Assembly (NCBI GenBank): GCA_027064525.1
Contig: JAMOPJ010000041.1
Location: forward strand, 19,690 to 83,689
Reading direction: 5' to 3'
Source: Archaeoglobaceae archaeon
GTDB lineage: Archaea; Halobacteriota; Archaeoglobi; Archaeoglobales; Archaeoglobaceae
Length of the DNA: 64,000 nt
Part shown: piece by piece, positions 9,203-18,518 of the stretch
Layout of the letters: each line of letters opens with the position of its first letter
Position numbering within the stretch: position 1 is the first letter of the stretch
Translations under genes and position numbers: made by a program
Notes under the pieces: generated by a model
Databases searched by the model: none
Told to the model about the DNA's origin: nothing
Seen by the model: the letters and a program-made list of their open reading frames with translations, nothing else

Positions 9203-9817
9203 ATGAATGATTTAAGGCAAACGCTGGATGAATTTAGAAAGGTTCTTGAAGAGAAGGAGCAGGCGAGGGAAGAACTTCTGAAGCTCACGAGAGAGATGAG
9301 AATAAACGCAACAAAAGCAATCGCACTTTTGCACGCTAAAGATTTTGAGAAGGCTGAGGAACACTTGAACAATGCTCTTAAGCTTATGGAACAGATATAC
9401 AAGTTTAAGGAGAAATATCCAGATATCTATTACCCGATAACGTTCGATGCTATGCAGGAACTCGTCGAAGCGTATTCGTTCTATCATGTCTTGAGGTATG
9501 GAAACTTGGAGATCGACTTCTCGAAGCTCAAGGTTGAGATCGCTCCGATCTTAACTGGCTTAGCCGATATGGCCGGTGAGATCAGAAGGCACGTCTTGGA
9601 TCTGCTCAGAGTTGGAGAGTTCGACCAAGCTGAAAAGCTTATAGGGCTTATGGAGGAGATATACCTCAATCTGCTCACGTTCAACTTCCCAGACAAGCTG
9701 ACGCCACATCTTAGGCCTAAGGTGGATTACGTGAGAGGAGCAATCGAGAGAACAAAGTCCGACTTTATATCAGCGAAGGTTGCGTCGCTCGAAGAATACT
9801 TTAAGAAATTGGTCTAA
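9203..9817 (+). CDS. translin-family protein
   Basis: 204-aa all-helical protein. LLHAKDFEKAEEHL, YSFYHVL and GLADMAGEIRRHVLDLLRVGEFDQAEKL resemble archaeal translin. Confidence 0.6.
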   Translation: MNDLRQTLDEFRKVLEEKEQAREELLKLTREMRINATKAIALLHAKDFEKAEEHLNNALKLMEQIYKFKEKYPDIYYPITFDAMQELVEAYSFYHVLRYGNLEIDFSKLKVEIAPILTGLADMAGEIRRHVLDLLRVGEFDQAEKLIGLMEEIYLNLLTFNFPDKLTPHLRPKVDYVRGAIERTKSDFISAKVASLEEYFKKLV

Positions 9818-9820
9818 AGA

Positions 9821-9837
9821 TCTTTTACTATTTTTTT
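9821..9837 (+). terminator. T-run putative terminator after the translin-like gene
   Basis: TCTTTT followed by TTTTTTT (9831-9837), a few nt after the stop codon. Confidence 0.4.
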
Positions 9838-9949
9838 CTCAACGAACATGCATGGCTTGTAGTGCTACAAAAGGATCAGTTCTCCTAACTCTAAATGCTA
9901 TAATAATTTCTAACTGTCCCTTTTGGAGCTCGTTCATTAAAAAATAACG

Positions 9950-11290
9950 TTATATGATTCTCCTAATCCATTCAACTACTCTTTCCACCCTTTCTCTTGC
10001 AGTTCCTAGGTAATTTTCTGGCTTGAGCAACACCCTAAGTTCCTCCTCACTCAGATATCTTCCTACGGTTTCATCTTTCAGCAACTCCTCAAGCAGACTC
10101 GTTCCGTTTTCGTAAGCCCGCATCGATGCGTTTCTAACGAGCTCATGAGCTTCCTGCCTTCCCATACCCTTCTTGGTTAAAGATATCATCACAGCCTCAC
10201 TCAAATTCAGTCCTTTCAGCCTCTCAAGGTTCTCTCGAATCCTATTTAGATCGAGCCTGATCCTCTCAACGACCTTTATCATCTTCGTGAGGATGTGGTC
10301 TGCCAGAACGGTGGCTTCGACCAGTATTATCCTCTCTGCGGATGAGTTCGTGAGGTCCCTTTCTTCCCAGAGGATTGCACTCTGATGCTGTGGCTCCACA
10401 AATCCCCTTATCACTCTCGCAATTCCGCAGATGTTCTCGCAGTCGATAGGATTTCTCTTGTGAGGCATTGTGGAGCTTCCAACCTGCTTTTTGCCAAATT
10501 CTTCCATAAGCTCTCCGACTTCAGCTCTCTGCAAAACTCTGAAGTTCGTGGCGATCTTTTCAAGCGTTGTAGCCAAATTTGCAAGAAATTCGACGTATTC
10601 ACAGTAGATATCTCTCGGAATGATCTGAGTTGAGATCACAGCAGGTTTAAGTCCCAACAGTCTCATAACTTCGGCTTCAATCTCCAAACCGTCCTTCCCA
10701 AACCCGGCCTGAGTTCCAACAGCACCGCTCATTTGTCCGACTAAAAGCCTTTCCTTCATCTGTCTGAGCCTTATCAGATGCCTCGTCAATTCTGAAGCCC
10801 AGACAGCAAATCTGAATCCATATGTAGTCGGTAACGCTGGCTGTCCGTGAGTTCTACCCAAGCAGACGACGTCTTTATACTCAATCGCTTTCTCAATGAA
10901 CAGCTCGATCAACCTCTTCAACTTCAGCTCCAGAATCTTTACCGAGTCCCTCAGCTGGGTTGCAACAGCTGTGTCCGTTATATCGTTTGACGTAGCACCG
11001 AAGTGAACCCACCTTGCGACTTCCTCGTCCACAACCTCGCTTATCGCCTTGACCAAAGCCATTACATCATGCTTAATTTCCCGCTCGATCTCCTTCACCC
11101 TTTGAGGAGTTACCTTCAAAGCATCCTCCTGCGCCTTCTTAACCTTCTCTTCGCTCAGGTAACCTTTTTTCGCCAAAGCTCTAAGCAATGCAATTTCAAC
11201 CCAGATCATTCTCTTTATCTTGCTATCCTCGCTCCAGATCCTCTTCATTTCTGGAGTGCCGTAACGGTAGTCGATCGGATGAACGATCAT
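9950..11290 (-). CDS. purB: adenylosuccinate lyase
   Basis: HPIDYRYGTPEMKRIW, GATSNDITDT and the SSTMPHKRNP signature. Start taken at MIVHPIDYRYG (ATG 11290) rather than the longest ORF (11380), which would overlap rnp4. Confidence 0.9.
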   Translation of the reverse strand: MIVHPIDYRYGTPEMKRIWSEDSKIKRMIWVEIALLRALAKKGYLSEEKVKKAQEDALKVTPQRVKEIEREIKHDVMALVKAISEVVDEEVARWVHFGATSNDITDTAVATQLRDSVKILELKLKRLIELFIEKAIEYKDVVCLGRTHGQPALPTTYGFRFAVWASELTRHLIRLRQMKERLLVGQMSGAVGTQAGFGKDGLEIEAEVMRLLGLKPAVISTQIIPRDIYCEYVEFLANLATTLEKIATNFRVLQRAEVGELMEEFGKKQVGSSTMPHKRNPIDCENICGIARVIRGFVEPQHQSAILWEERDLTNSSAERIILVEATVLADHILTKMIKVVERIRLDLNRIRENLERLKGLNLSEAVMISLTKKGMGRQEAHELVRNASMRAYENGTSLLEELLKDETVGRYLSEEELRVLLKPENYLGTARERVERVVEWIRRII

Positions 11291-11340
11291 ATCTCCGACT
11301 TTGTAAGCAACTATTTTAACCTTCCCGATGATGCCGGGAT

Positions 11341-11670
11341 ATGCTAAAGAGGGAAAAGAGGCTTGAAAAGAAGATAGCAAAGGAAAGAATCAAGATACTA
11401 TTTGAGATGATGGAAAAGATGAAGGATGAGGATTACGATCTCGCGAGGCGTTACGTCGAGCTTGCAAGAAGAATCGCTATGAAGTATAGACTGAAGTTGC
11501 CGAAACGCTACAAGCTCCTCTTCTGCAAGAAGTGCCTGTATCCTTACAAGGAAGGACGGTTTAGAGTTAGGGTGAGAAAATCGAGAGTGATTATCACATG
11601 CCTCAACTGCGGTTTCGAGCGTAGGATTCCGATAAGACCAAAAAGAAGAAAATATAAAAATCAAAAATAG
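11341..11670 (+). CDS. rnp4: RNase P protein component 4 (Rpp21)
   Basis: ARRYVELARRIAMKYRLKLPKRYKLLFCKKCLYPY...ITCLNCGFERRIP, a zinc ribbon of Rpp21 type. Confidence 0.8.
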   Translation: MLKREKRLEKKIAKERIKILFEMMEKMKDEDYDLARRYVELARRIAMKYRLKLPKRYKLLFCKKCLYPYKEGRFRVRVRKSRVIITCLNCGFERRIPIRPKRRKYKNQK

Positions 11671-11728
11671 AAAATGGAAAAGTTGATATATGAGTAGTGC
11701 AAAATCGTGAGAAAGGTGTTTAGGTGGA

Positions 11729-12091
11729 ATGAAAATGGTAGTGGATGTTGTTAGGGAAAAAGCATTGGCTCTGGCAGATGCGATCTTGCAGTTGGAGGAG
11801 TATAAGGAATTCGTCGAGATGGAGCAGAAGTTGAAAGAAGATGAAGTTGCGCAGGAGTTGCTTGTCGAATTCCAGCAGAAACAGCAGGATTTTGTTACAA
11901 AACAGCTTTCTGGAGAATTCGATCAGGAACTTCTAAACGAGCTAACCGAGATACAGTCGAAGTTGAACGCTAGGGAGAGTGTTGTCAACTTCCTTGAAGC
12001 TTATAACAGACTTCTTGCGGTTTTAGGTGAAATCGTAGATTTGATCAGTGAAAGGATCAATTTGGATCTTAGCGAAGTTTATAGAAGGTAA
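11729..12091 (+). CDS. YlbF/YmcA-like (UPF0342) helical protein
   Basis: 120-aa helical protein: A..LA.AI...EEYKEF...E..L..DE.AQELL.EFQ..QQ. Assignment is by pattern only. Confidence 0.45.
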   Translation: MKMVVDVVREKALALADAILQLEEYKEFVEMEQKLKEDEVAQELLVEFQQKQQDFVTKQLSGEFDQELLNELTEIQSKLNARESVVNFLEAYNRLLAVLGEIVDLISERINLDLSEVYRR

Positions 12092-12159
12092 ATGATTGGT
12101 TTTTCTCTAATCTTTATTTTATTTAAATTTATTGATTATTTTAGTTTTAATAATTGGTC

Positions 12160-12211
12160 GTGACTCCACATTGCGTGATTTAAATATTCCATCAACAGTA
12201 TTGCAACACCA
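12160..12211 (+). repeat. intergenic repeat element, copy 2
   Basis: GTGACTCCACATTGCGTGATTTAAATATTCCATCAACAGTATTGCAACACCA, in the 210-nt spacer upstream of the DHPS-like gene. A shared TTTTAGTT lies a further 15-20 nt upstream in copies 1 and 2. Confidence 0.6.
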
Positions 12212-12243
12212 CCTAATAATTTTATTTGTTATATTAAAATACT

Positions 12244-12279
12244 AAAATCAATTAAAACACAAGCAAAAATCAATTAAAA
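12244..12279 (+). repeat. tandem 14-nt direct repeat upstream of the DHPS-like gene
   Basis: AAAATCAATTAAAA at 12244-12257 and again at 12266-12279 (22-nt period), 23 nt upstream of ATG 12302. Confidence 0.45.
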
Positions 12280-12301
12280 TCGGAATATTTCATCATCAAC
12301 C

Positions 12302-13729
12302 ATGAAAATATTGGTTGTGACAGGCAAACTCGCAGAAAATGAGGTAAAGGCTCTTGCTCAGAGGTTCAAATTTGACGTTCACGTCGTAGACGTTGATGTT
12401 GCCGCATTCATAACTCCTTCTCACCTTCGTGATCTCGACTTAAGTAATTACGATCTTGTTTTGGTTCCCGGACTCGCTAAGGGCGATTGGAAATCGCTCG
12501 AAGATGAGAAAGGTGTTAAGATACGGTTGGGCTCGATCCACATCTCCGATCTGCCTTTGGTTTTGAAAAATTTAGATAAGATCGAGCTGTCTCACGAAAT
12601 TCCGGCATGTAGACTCCTAGGAGCTATAAAGACTGAAGAGACGATCAGACTCGTTGAATCTCAAAGCGATTGCAAGTTCAGGATTGGTGAAGTTGAAATC
12701 GGAGGAAGGGCAAAGATCGTTGCGGAGATAGTGGATGCCACAAAACTCAGCAACGACGAGCTCATCGAAAAGATAGAATACTACTACGAAAGCGGAGCGG
12801 ACGTAATAGATTTGGGAATCCCGCTGGAGTTCGACGTTCAGGATGTTAGAAGGATAGTAAAGGTTGCGAGAGATCATTGCAAAGCCTTGAGCATAGACAC
12901 GTTCGATAGAAGAGCCATAGAGATCGGTATCGAGCACGGTATCGACATGGTGATGAGTGTTTCATACTCAAACATCGAATGCTCGGAACTGCTTTGTAGC
13001 GATATCGCCGTTGTTGCTGTAGAGAGAGACATAAGCAAACTCAAGAAATTGGTGGATTCTCTAAAGCGAAGAACTGAGAAGGTTATTGCCGATCCTATCC
13101 TCGACCCACCCTTGGGCATTGCGAGCTCCATCATGAGATATGCCAACTACAGAAAGCTCGATCCAGAGACACCGCTGTTATTTGGAGTGGGAAACGTGAC
13201 CGAACTGATAGATGCAGATTCAGTCGGAATAAACGCTATAATGGCTTGCATAGCTGAAGAAATTGGAATAGAACTTTTATTCACCACAGAAGCAAGCGTC
13301 AAGACGAGAGGATGCATTAGAGAGCTTAGAATTGCGAGCTACATGGCAAAGGCTTCTAAGCTCAAAAAAACCTCACCAAAAGATTTAGGTTTAAATCTGC
13401 TCGTTCTAAAAGAGAAAACTGCTGGTTCGTCAAGAAAACCTTCTGGCAAGATCATAGAAGCTAAAGCCAACGGGGAGTTCGTCAGAGATCCGAAAGGTGA
13501 CTTCAGAATCTGGGTATGGAATGACAGGATAGTCTGCGAGCACGAAAATGTGACGATAGTCGGAAGAACAGCCAAAGAAATTTTAGATACGATTATCGAG
13601 CTCGATCTCGTTTCCCGCTTGGATCATGCTGGATACTTAGGCAGAGAACTGATGAAGGCCGAAATAGCGCTGAAGCTTGGGAAGAACTACGTGCAGGATG
13701 AAGAGCTAAACTTTGGCCCTAAATCTTAA
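12302..13729 (+). CDS. dihydropteroate synthase-like (pterin-binding) multidomain protein
   Basis: 475 aa in three parts: an N-terminal domain of unknown function, a central pterin-binding TIM-barrel-like region (GADVIDLG..., SIDTF, ...GVGNVTEL), and a C-terminal MtrA-like/DUF4346-like domain (HAGYLGRELMKAEIAL..GKNYVQDE). Resembles the MJ0107 type rather than canonical FolP. Confidence 0.6.
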   Translation: MKILVVTGKLAENEVKALAQRFKFDVHVVDVDVAAFITPSHLRDLDLSNYDLVLVPGLAKGDWKSLEDEKGVKIRLGSIHISDLPLVLKNLDKIELSHEIPACRLLGAIKTEETIRLVESQSDCKFRIGEVEIGGRAKIVAEIVDATKLSNDELIEKIEYYYESGADVIDLGIPLEFDVQDVRRIVKVARDHCKALSIDTFDRRAIEIGIEHGIDMVMSVSYSNIECSELLCSDIAVVAVERDISKLKKLVDSLKRRTEKVIADPILDPPLGIASSIMRYANYRKLDPETPLLFGVGNVTELIDADSVGINAIMACIAEEIGIELLFTTEASVKTRGCIRELRIASYMAKASKLKKTSPKDLGLNLLVLKEKTAGSSRKPSGKIIEAKANGEFVRDPKGDFRIWVWNDRIVCEHENVTIVGRTAKEILDTIIELDLVSRLDHAGYLGRELMKAEIALKLGKNYVQDEELNFGPKS

Positions 13730-13755
13730 TTAGCCGATATTAAATCCTCCCAATT

Positions 13756-14523
13756 ATGCATCAGGTGTTCATATATATGGTCGGAACAGCCGGATCCGGA
13801 AAGACCTATCTCACAAAAGCGTTTTCGGAATGGCTCGATTTCAAGAAGTTGGACAACATCACGGTCAATCTGGATCCCGGTGCAGATAACCTTCCCTACA
13901 ACCCAGATATAGACGTTAGAGAGTGGTTCACCCTTGCCGACATAATGGAGAAATACGGAGTAGGACCGAACGGAGCTCAGATCATCGGAGCAGACTTGAT
14001 CAGCACGATAGCCAAAGACCTAAAGGACGAGATAGAATACGAAGACGCACCTTACGTAATTATCGACACTCCCGGGCAGATGGAGTTATTCACGCTCAGA
14101 AGTAGCAGTGAGATTCTACTGAAGATGCTTGGCAAGGAGAACAGCGTTATGGTTTATCTATTCGATCCAGTAGTCTCAAAAACACCCTCCGGTTTTCTAT
14201 CTCTGCTCTTCATGTGCTCCTCAGCAATCTTCAGGCTGAACATTCCGCAGATTCCAGTGCTTGCGAAATCGGATCTGCTTGAGGAACAGGAGCTGAAGAA
14301 AATAATTGAATGGAGCAACGATCCCGATGCGTTATACGATGACCTACTCAAAGAATCAGAGAAGGTTCTAAGCGGTGAACTCTTTCACATGCTAAGGGAG
14401 CTGGGACTTTTTAGACCTATAATTCCGGTTTCTGCAATCACAGGCTACGGAATGGACGACATATACGACGGCATTCAAGAATTATTCTACGGAGGAGACG
14501 ATCTGGAGAGGATAATATACTGA
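13756..14523 (+). CDS. GPN-loop GTPase
   Basis: P-loop GTAGSGKT, NLDPG, the eponymous GPNG (GVGPNGAQI), DTPGQMELF and AKSD. Confidence 0.8.
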   Translation: MHQVFIYMVGTAGSGKTYLTKAFSEWLDFKKLDNITVNLDPGADNLPYNPDIDVREWFTLADIMEKYGVGPNGAQIIGADLISTIAKDLKDEIEYEDAPYVIIDTPGQMELFTLRSSSEILLKMLGKENSVMVYLFDPVVSKTPSGFLSLLFMCSSAIFRLNIPQIPVLAKSDLLEEQELKKIIEWSNDPDALYDDLLKESEKVLSGELFHMLRELGLFRPIIPVSAITGYGMDDIYDGIQELFYGGDDLERIIY

Positions 14524-14556
14524 AGGTTTATATTCCGTTCTGCAGAGTTGATTAAG

Positions 14557-16434
14557 ATGAAAGATCAGTATACAGCGGAGCAGATAGAGGTCTTAGGCGA
14601 TCTTGAAGCTGTTCGAAGAAGACCGGGAATGTATATAGGCGGAGTCGGAGTTAGAGGTCTCCATCATCTCCTTTGGGAGATAATAGACAACAGTATAGAC
14701 GAGGCTTTGGCCGGTTACTGCAATCGAATAATCGTGATTCTACACGAAGACGGCTCTGCGAGCGTTGAAGACAACGGAAGAGGAATACCCGTAGAGGAAC
14801 ACCCAGTATTTAAGAAATCGGCTTTGGAGATCGTAATGACGAAACTTCACGCTGGAGGTAAGTTCAGCAAGAAAGCCTACAAGGTTTCTGGAGGCCTTCA
14901 TGGGGTAGGATTGTCGGTTGTAAACGCTCTTTCGGAGTGGCTCGAAGTTTGGGTTAAGAGAAACGGTAAAGTTTACTACCAGCGATACGAGCGAGGAAAT
15001 CCCGTAACTCCGCTCAAAGTTGTAGGGGAAGCTAAAGATACCGGCACCAAGATCAGATTCAAGCCCGATCCAGAGATATTCGAGGTTACGGAGTTTAACT
15101 ACGAGATCGTTTCTCAAAGGCTTAGGGAGTTGGCTTTTCTGAATAAAGGTATCAGGATCACGCTGATAGACGAAAGGACTGGTAAGAAGGAAGAGTTTTA
15201 CTCCGAAGATGGAATAAAGGGATTCGTAGCTCTGTTAAACAAGAACAAGCCTGTTCTGCATGATATAATCTACTTCTCTGGAGAGAAGAACGGAATAATG
15301 GTTGAAGTTGCTCTGCAGTTCACAGATACTGAATTCGAGACTCTTTTTGCATTTGCGAACAACATCCACACCGTCGAAGGTGGAACACATGTAGCAGGAT
15401 TTAGAGCTGGATTGACAAGGGCTATAAATGAATATGGGAAGAAACACATCAAGAAGTTCAAGCCGTTGAGCGGAACCGACGTTAGAGAGGGTCTAACAGC
15501 TGTTATCTCGGTAAAGGTTCCAGAACCGCAGTTTGAAGGACAAACCAAAACTAAGCTCACGAACAGCGAGGTCAAGACCGTAGTAGAATCACTCACATAC
15601 TCGGAAGTCCTCAGATGGCTTGAAGAGCATCCGAGTGAAGCAAGCAAGATCATAGAGAAGTGTCTGATCGCTATGAAAGCCAGAGAGGCAGCGAAGAGGG
15701 CGAGAGAGCTCGTAAGAAAAAGGAGTGAACTTTTAATTACGTTACCGGGAAAGCTTGCGGATTGCTCTTCCAAGAATCCAGAGGAGAGAGAGTTATTTAT
15801 CGTGGAAGGTGAGTCAGCAGGCGGTTCAGCAAAGCAAGCGAGAGACAGGAGATTTCAAGCTGTTCTGCCTATAAGGGGTAAGATAATAAACGTTGAGAAG
15901 GCTGGATTTCTCAGGGCTTTGAAGAATGAGGAGATTAAGGCTATAGCTTCAGCTATCGGCGCTGGAATTGGAAAGGACTTCGACATAAGCAAAGCTAGAT
16001 ATCGCAGAATTATCATCATGACCGATGCGGATGTGGATGGAGCGCACATAAGAACTCTACTGCTGACGTTCTTCTACCGCTACATGCGACCACTCATAGA
16101 GCACGGATACCTCTACATAGCCCAGCCACCGCTCTACAGGGTTAAGAAGGGCAAGAAAACTTACTACGTTTATTCGGATAAGGAACTTAAGAGGTTGCTT
16201 GAGAGGTTGGGCGATGGAGCTGAAGTTCAGAGATTCAAGGGTTTGGGAGAGATGAACCCCGAACAGCTTTGGGAGACGACGATGGATCCGAATCGAAGGA
16301 TTCTGATACAAGTTACGGTTGAAGATGCCTTGAGGGCTGAACAGCTATTCAGCATACTGATGGGAGAGGATGTAGAGGCCAGAAGAGAGTTCATAATTAG
16401 ACATTCGAAGGAGGTAAAGAATTTAGATGTGTGA
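14557..16434 (+). CDS. gyrB: DNA gyrase subunit B
   Basis: LEAVRRRPGMYIGG, EIIDNSIDEA, GGLHGVG, QFEGQTKTKL, the Toprim EGESAGGSA...PIRGKI and IMTDADVDGAHI. The ORF track starts at TTG 14548; ATG 14557 is preferred. Confidence 0.95.
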   Translation: MKDQYTAEQIEVLGDLEAVRRRPGMYIGGVGVRGLHHLLWEIIDNSIDEALAGYCNRIIVILHEDGSASVEDNGRGIPVEEHPVFKKSALEIVMTKLHAGGKFSKKAYKVSGGLHGVGLSVVNALSEWLEVWVKRNGKVYYQRYERGNPVTPLKVVGEAKDTGTKIRFKPDPEIFEVTEFNYEIVSQRLRELAFLNKGIRITLIDERTGKKEEFYSEDGIKGFVALLNKNKPVLHDIIYFSGEKNGIMVEVALQFTDTEFETLFAFANNIHTVEGGTHVAGFRAGLTRAINEYGKKHIKKFKPLSGTDVREGLTAVISVKVPEPQFEGQTKTKLTNSEVKTVVESLTYSEVLRWLEEHPSEASKIIEKCLIAMKAREAAKRARELVRKRSELLITLPGKLADCSSKNPEERELFIVEGESAGGSAKQARDRRFQAVLPIRGKIINVEKAGFLRALKNEEIKAIASAIGAGIGKDFDISKARYRRIIIMTDADVDGAHIRTLLLTFFYRYMRPLIEHGYLYIAQPPLYRVKKGKKTYYVYSDKELKRLLERLGDGAEVQRFKGLGEMNPEQLWETTMDPNRRILIQVTVEDALRAEQLFSILMGEDVEARREFIIRHSKEVKNLDV

Positions 16435-16833
16435 TCACCAGAGATGGTGATCGCAGTGTCCATGTTCGTGCCTGTGAAATCCTTCCCTTTTCTCCCAGTC
16501 CAAGTCTAAAACAAGCGTTCCTTTCAGAAAAGCTTCCAGCACATCCCTAACCTTTCCGTATGCTCCCGTGATAACCTGTATTCCCAGTTGCTCGAAGAAC
16601 ATCCTTGCCCTTACTCCAACTCCGTAAGCTAAGACCGTGTCGACGCCTAGGGAGTGGAGAAAACGAGGAATCTGACCCGGAACATGCTCGGCAAACGGCA
16701 ATTCAACGACCCTAACATCTATAACCCTTCCATTAACAACATCCGCTATAACGAAGTATCTTGCCCTTCCGAAGTGCATCGAAACGTTGGAATCCAAACC
16801 CCTCGCATCCTCGCATGGAATAGCGATTCTCAT
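16435..16833 (-). CDS. NifB/NifX-type (dinitrogenase FeMo-cofactor biosynthesis domain) protein with His-rich tail
   Basis: MRIAIPCED...VSMHFGRARYFVIADV...G.VD.VLA..VG.RA is typical of the family. The C-terminus is HRHEHGHCDHHLW. Its stop codon abuts the gyrB stop codon (TGA|TCA). Confidence 0.7.
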   Translation of the reverse strand: MRIAIPCEDARGLDSNVSMHFGRARYFVIADVVNGRVIDVRVVELPFAEHVPGQIPRFLHSLGVDTVLAYGVGVRARMFFEQLGIQVITGAYGKVRDVLEAFLKGTLVLDLDWEKREGFHRHEHGHCDHHLW

Positions 16834-16886
16834 GTAAAGGCAAAAAATGAGAGATTATTTCACATTTTCCACAATTTCGGTTAGCC

Positions 16887-17681
16887 CTAACTCTTTAGAA
16901 ACTCCAAAGCCTCCTCTGCTGTTGCATTCTCGTGGACTATCATCGCTATGGCTTTCGTCATTTTTGTCGGATCCTCAGCCTGAAAGACGTTTCTGCCGAT
17001 TGCAACTCCTCTCGCACCACCTTCTATAGCCATCTCGACCATCTTAAGCAGATCTGCCTCGCTCTTCATCTTCGGCCCGCCTGCCACCACTACGGGCACC
17101 GGACAACCCCTCGTAACCCTCTTAAAGGATTCGACACTGCCGGTGAAGTTCGTCTTTACGATGTCGGCTCCCAATTCTGCTCCAACCCTTGCAGCGAGAG
17201 CTACAGCTTTTTCGTCGAACTGGTTTATGCCATCACCCCTCGGATACATCATAGCCAAGAGAGGCATTCCCCACTCCATGCAGATTCTGCTTATGCATCC
17301 CAGAGCTTTCAGCTGTTCAGCTTCAGTCTTCGATCCGATGTTTATGTGGATACTGACCGCATCAGCCCCTAATTTTATAGCCTCCTCAACCGTGCACACG
17401 AGAACCTTCTCGTTCGGATCTGGAGCCAAGGAGGTAGAACCGCTTAAATGGACTATAAGGCCTATGTCTTTACCGTATCCCCTATGCCCAAACGGAACTA
17501 TGCCTTTATGCAGAACTACCGCATTTGCTCCACCTTCAGCTACGGCGTTGATTATCTTCGGCATATCCTCAAGCCCCTGAATCGGACCCATCGAAACGCC
17601 GTGATCCATCGGAATTATCACCGTATTTCCGCTATCCCTATTTATTATTCTCTCTATCCTTATCTTCTTTCCGATCCACAT
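16887..17681 (-). CDS. aroA': 2-amino-3,7-dideoxy-D-threo-hept-6-ulosonate synthase (class I aldolase family, MJ0400 type)
   Basis: [68 protein letters not shown] and VVVAGGPK closely track my recollection of M. jannaschii ADH synthase. A fructose-bisphosphate aldolase paralogue cannot be excluded. Confidence 0.7.
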   Translation of the reverse strand: MWIGKKIRIERIINRDSGNTVIIPMDHGVSMGPIQGLEDMPKIINAVAEGGANAVVLHKGIVPFGHRGYGKDIGLIVHLSGSTSLAPDPNEKVLVCTVEEAIKLGADAVSIHINIGSKTEAEQLKALGCISRICMEWGMPLLAMMYPRGDGINQFDEKAVALAARVGAELGADIVKTNFTGSVESFKRVTRGCPVPVVVAGGPKMKSEADLLKMVEMAIEGGARGVAIGRNVFQAEDPTKMTKAIAMIVHENATAEEALEFLKS

Positions 17682-17734
17682 CTTCTATCACCTTGACAAT
17701 TTGTGTCTGAGTGACAAAGTGACATATAAGTCTT

Positions 17735-18493
17735 GTGGTCGGAATATTATTATGCTCAAAATCAATTGCGATTGTGGAGCCACCAGAAGACAGAGAGCTT
17801 CCGCTTGAGGAGCACTTAGCAGAGCTACGAAGAAGGGTTATCCGGATAAGTATTGTCATGATAGCTGGAATCGGAATAACGTTCAGATTCGCCGGAGAGC
17901 TGATAAGAGATTTTTGGAGAGAGCTCCTTCCAAGTGAATTGAACATCTACGTTTTCACTCCAACTGAGTGGTTCATGGTTCAGCTGACCTTCTCTTTCGT
18001 TTTAACGCTTGTATTGGCTTACCCATACATCGTTTACGAACTCTATCAGTTCGCAAAGCCCGGGCTTTACGAGCACGAGAGGAGATTCGTAAAGACGTTT
18101 CTACCTTTCTCTTACGTTCTATTTCTCGTGGGTGTTGGCTTGGCTTACTTTGTTGTCATTCCGAGACTGTTCACAATCGCAACGATGTTCAACTTGGGAG
18201 CTGAGCCTTTGTTTTCGGCCAAGAGGACGATATACTTGGCGTTTAAAATCCTCCTCGCGTTCGGTTTAGCTTTCCAGATTCCGGTATTAGCGGTTATAGC
18301 TGTCAGGATAGGGCTCATAACGTCCAAATGGTTGAGGGATAAAAGAATCTGGATCTACATAATCGTGTTCGTTTTTGCATCTAACGTGACGCTCGACATA
18401 TCCGGAATAAGTCAGATCGTGATCTTGGCTCTGGTCGTTGTTATGTATGAGCTGAGCATAGTTCTGGCGAGACTCATGGAAAGAAAACTTTAA
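17735..18493 (+). CDS. tatC: Sec-independent protein translocase TatC
   Basis: PLEEHLAELRRR followed by six TM segments (F.KPGLY..E). The start may be the internal GTG (MEPPEDRELPL). Confidence 0.85.
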   Translation: MVGILLCSKSIAIVEPPEDRELPLEEHLAELRRRVIRISIVMIAGIGITFRFAGELIRDFWRELLPSELNIYVFTPTEWFMVQLTFSFVLTLVLAYPYIVYELYQFAKPGLYEHERRFVKTFLPFSYVLFLVGVGLAYFVVIPRLFTIATMFNLGAEPLFSAKRTIYLAFKILLAFGLAFQIPVLAVIAVRIGLITSKWLRDKRIWIYIIVFVFASNVTLDISGISQIVILALVVVMYELSIVLARLMERKL

Positions 18494-18518
18494 TAGTGTT
18501 GCTTTAAAAGCGGGGACG

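Noticed and set aside
12275-12285. Shared 9-mer AATCGGAAT about 15-25 nt upstream of the start codons at 12302 and 52089. A looser AATCGGTTT occurs near 51586.
   Set aside because: A 9-mer is expected about 0.5 times by chance in 2 x 64 kb. Two occurrences are too weak to call a motif.
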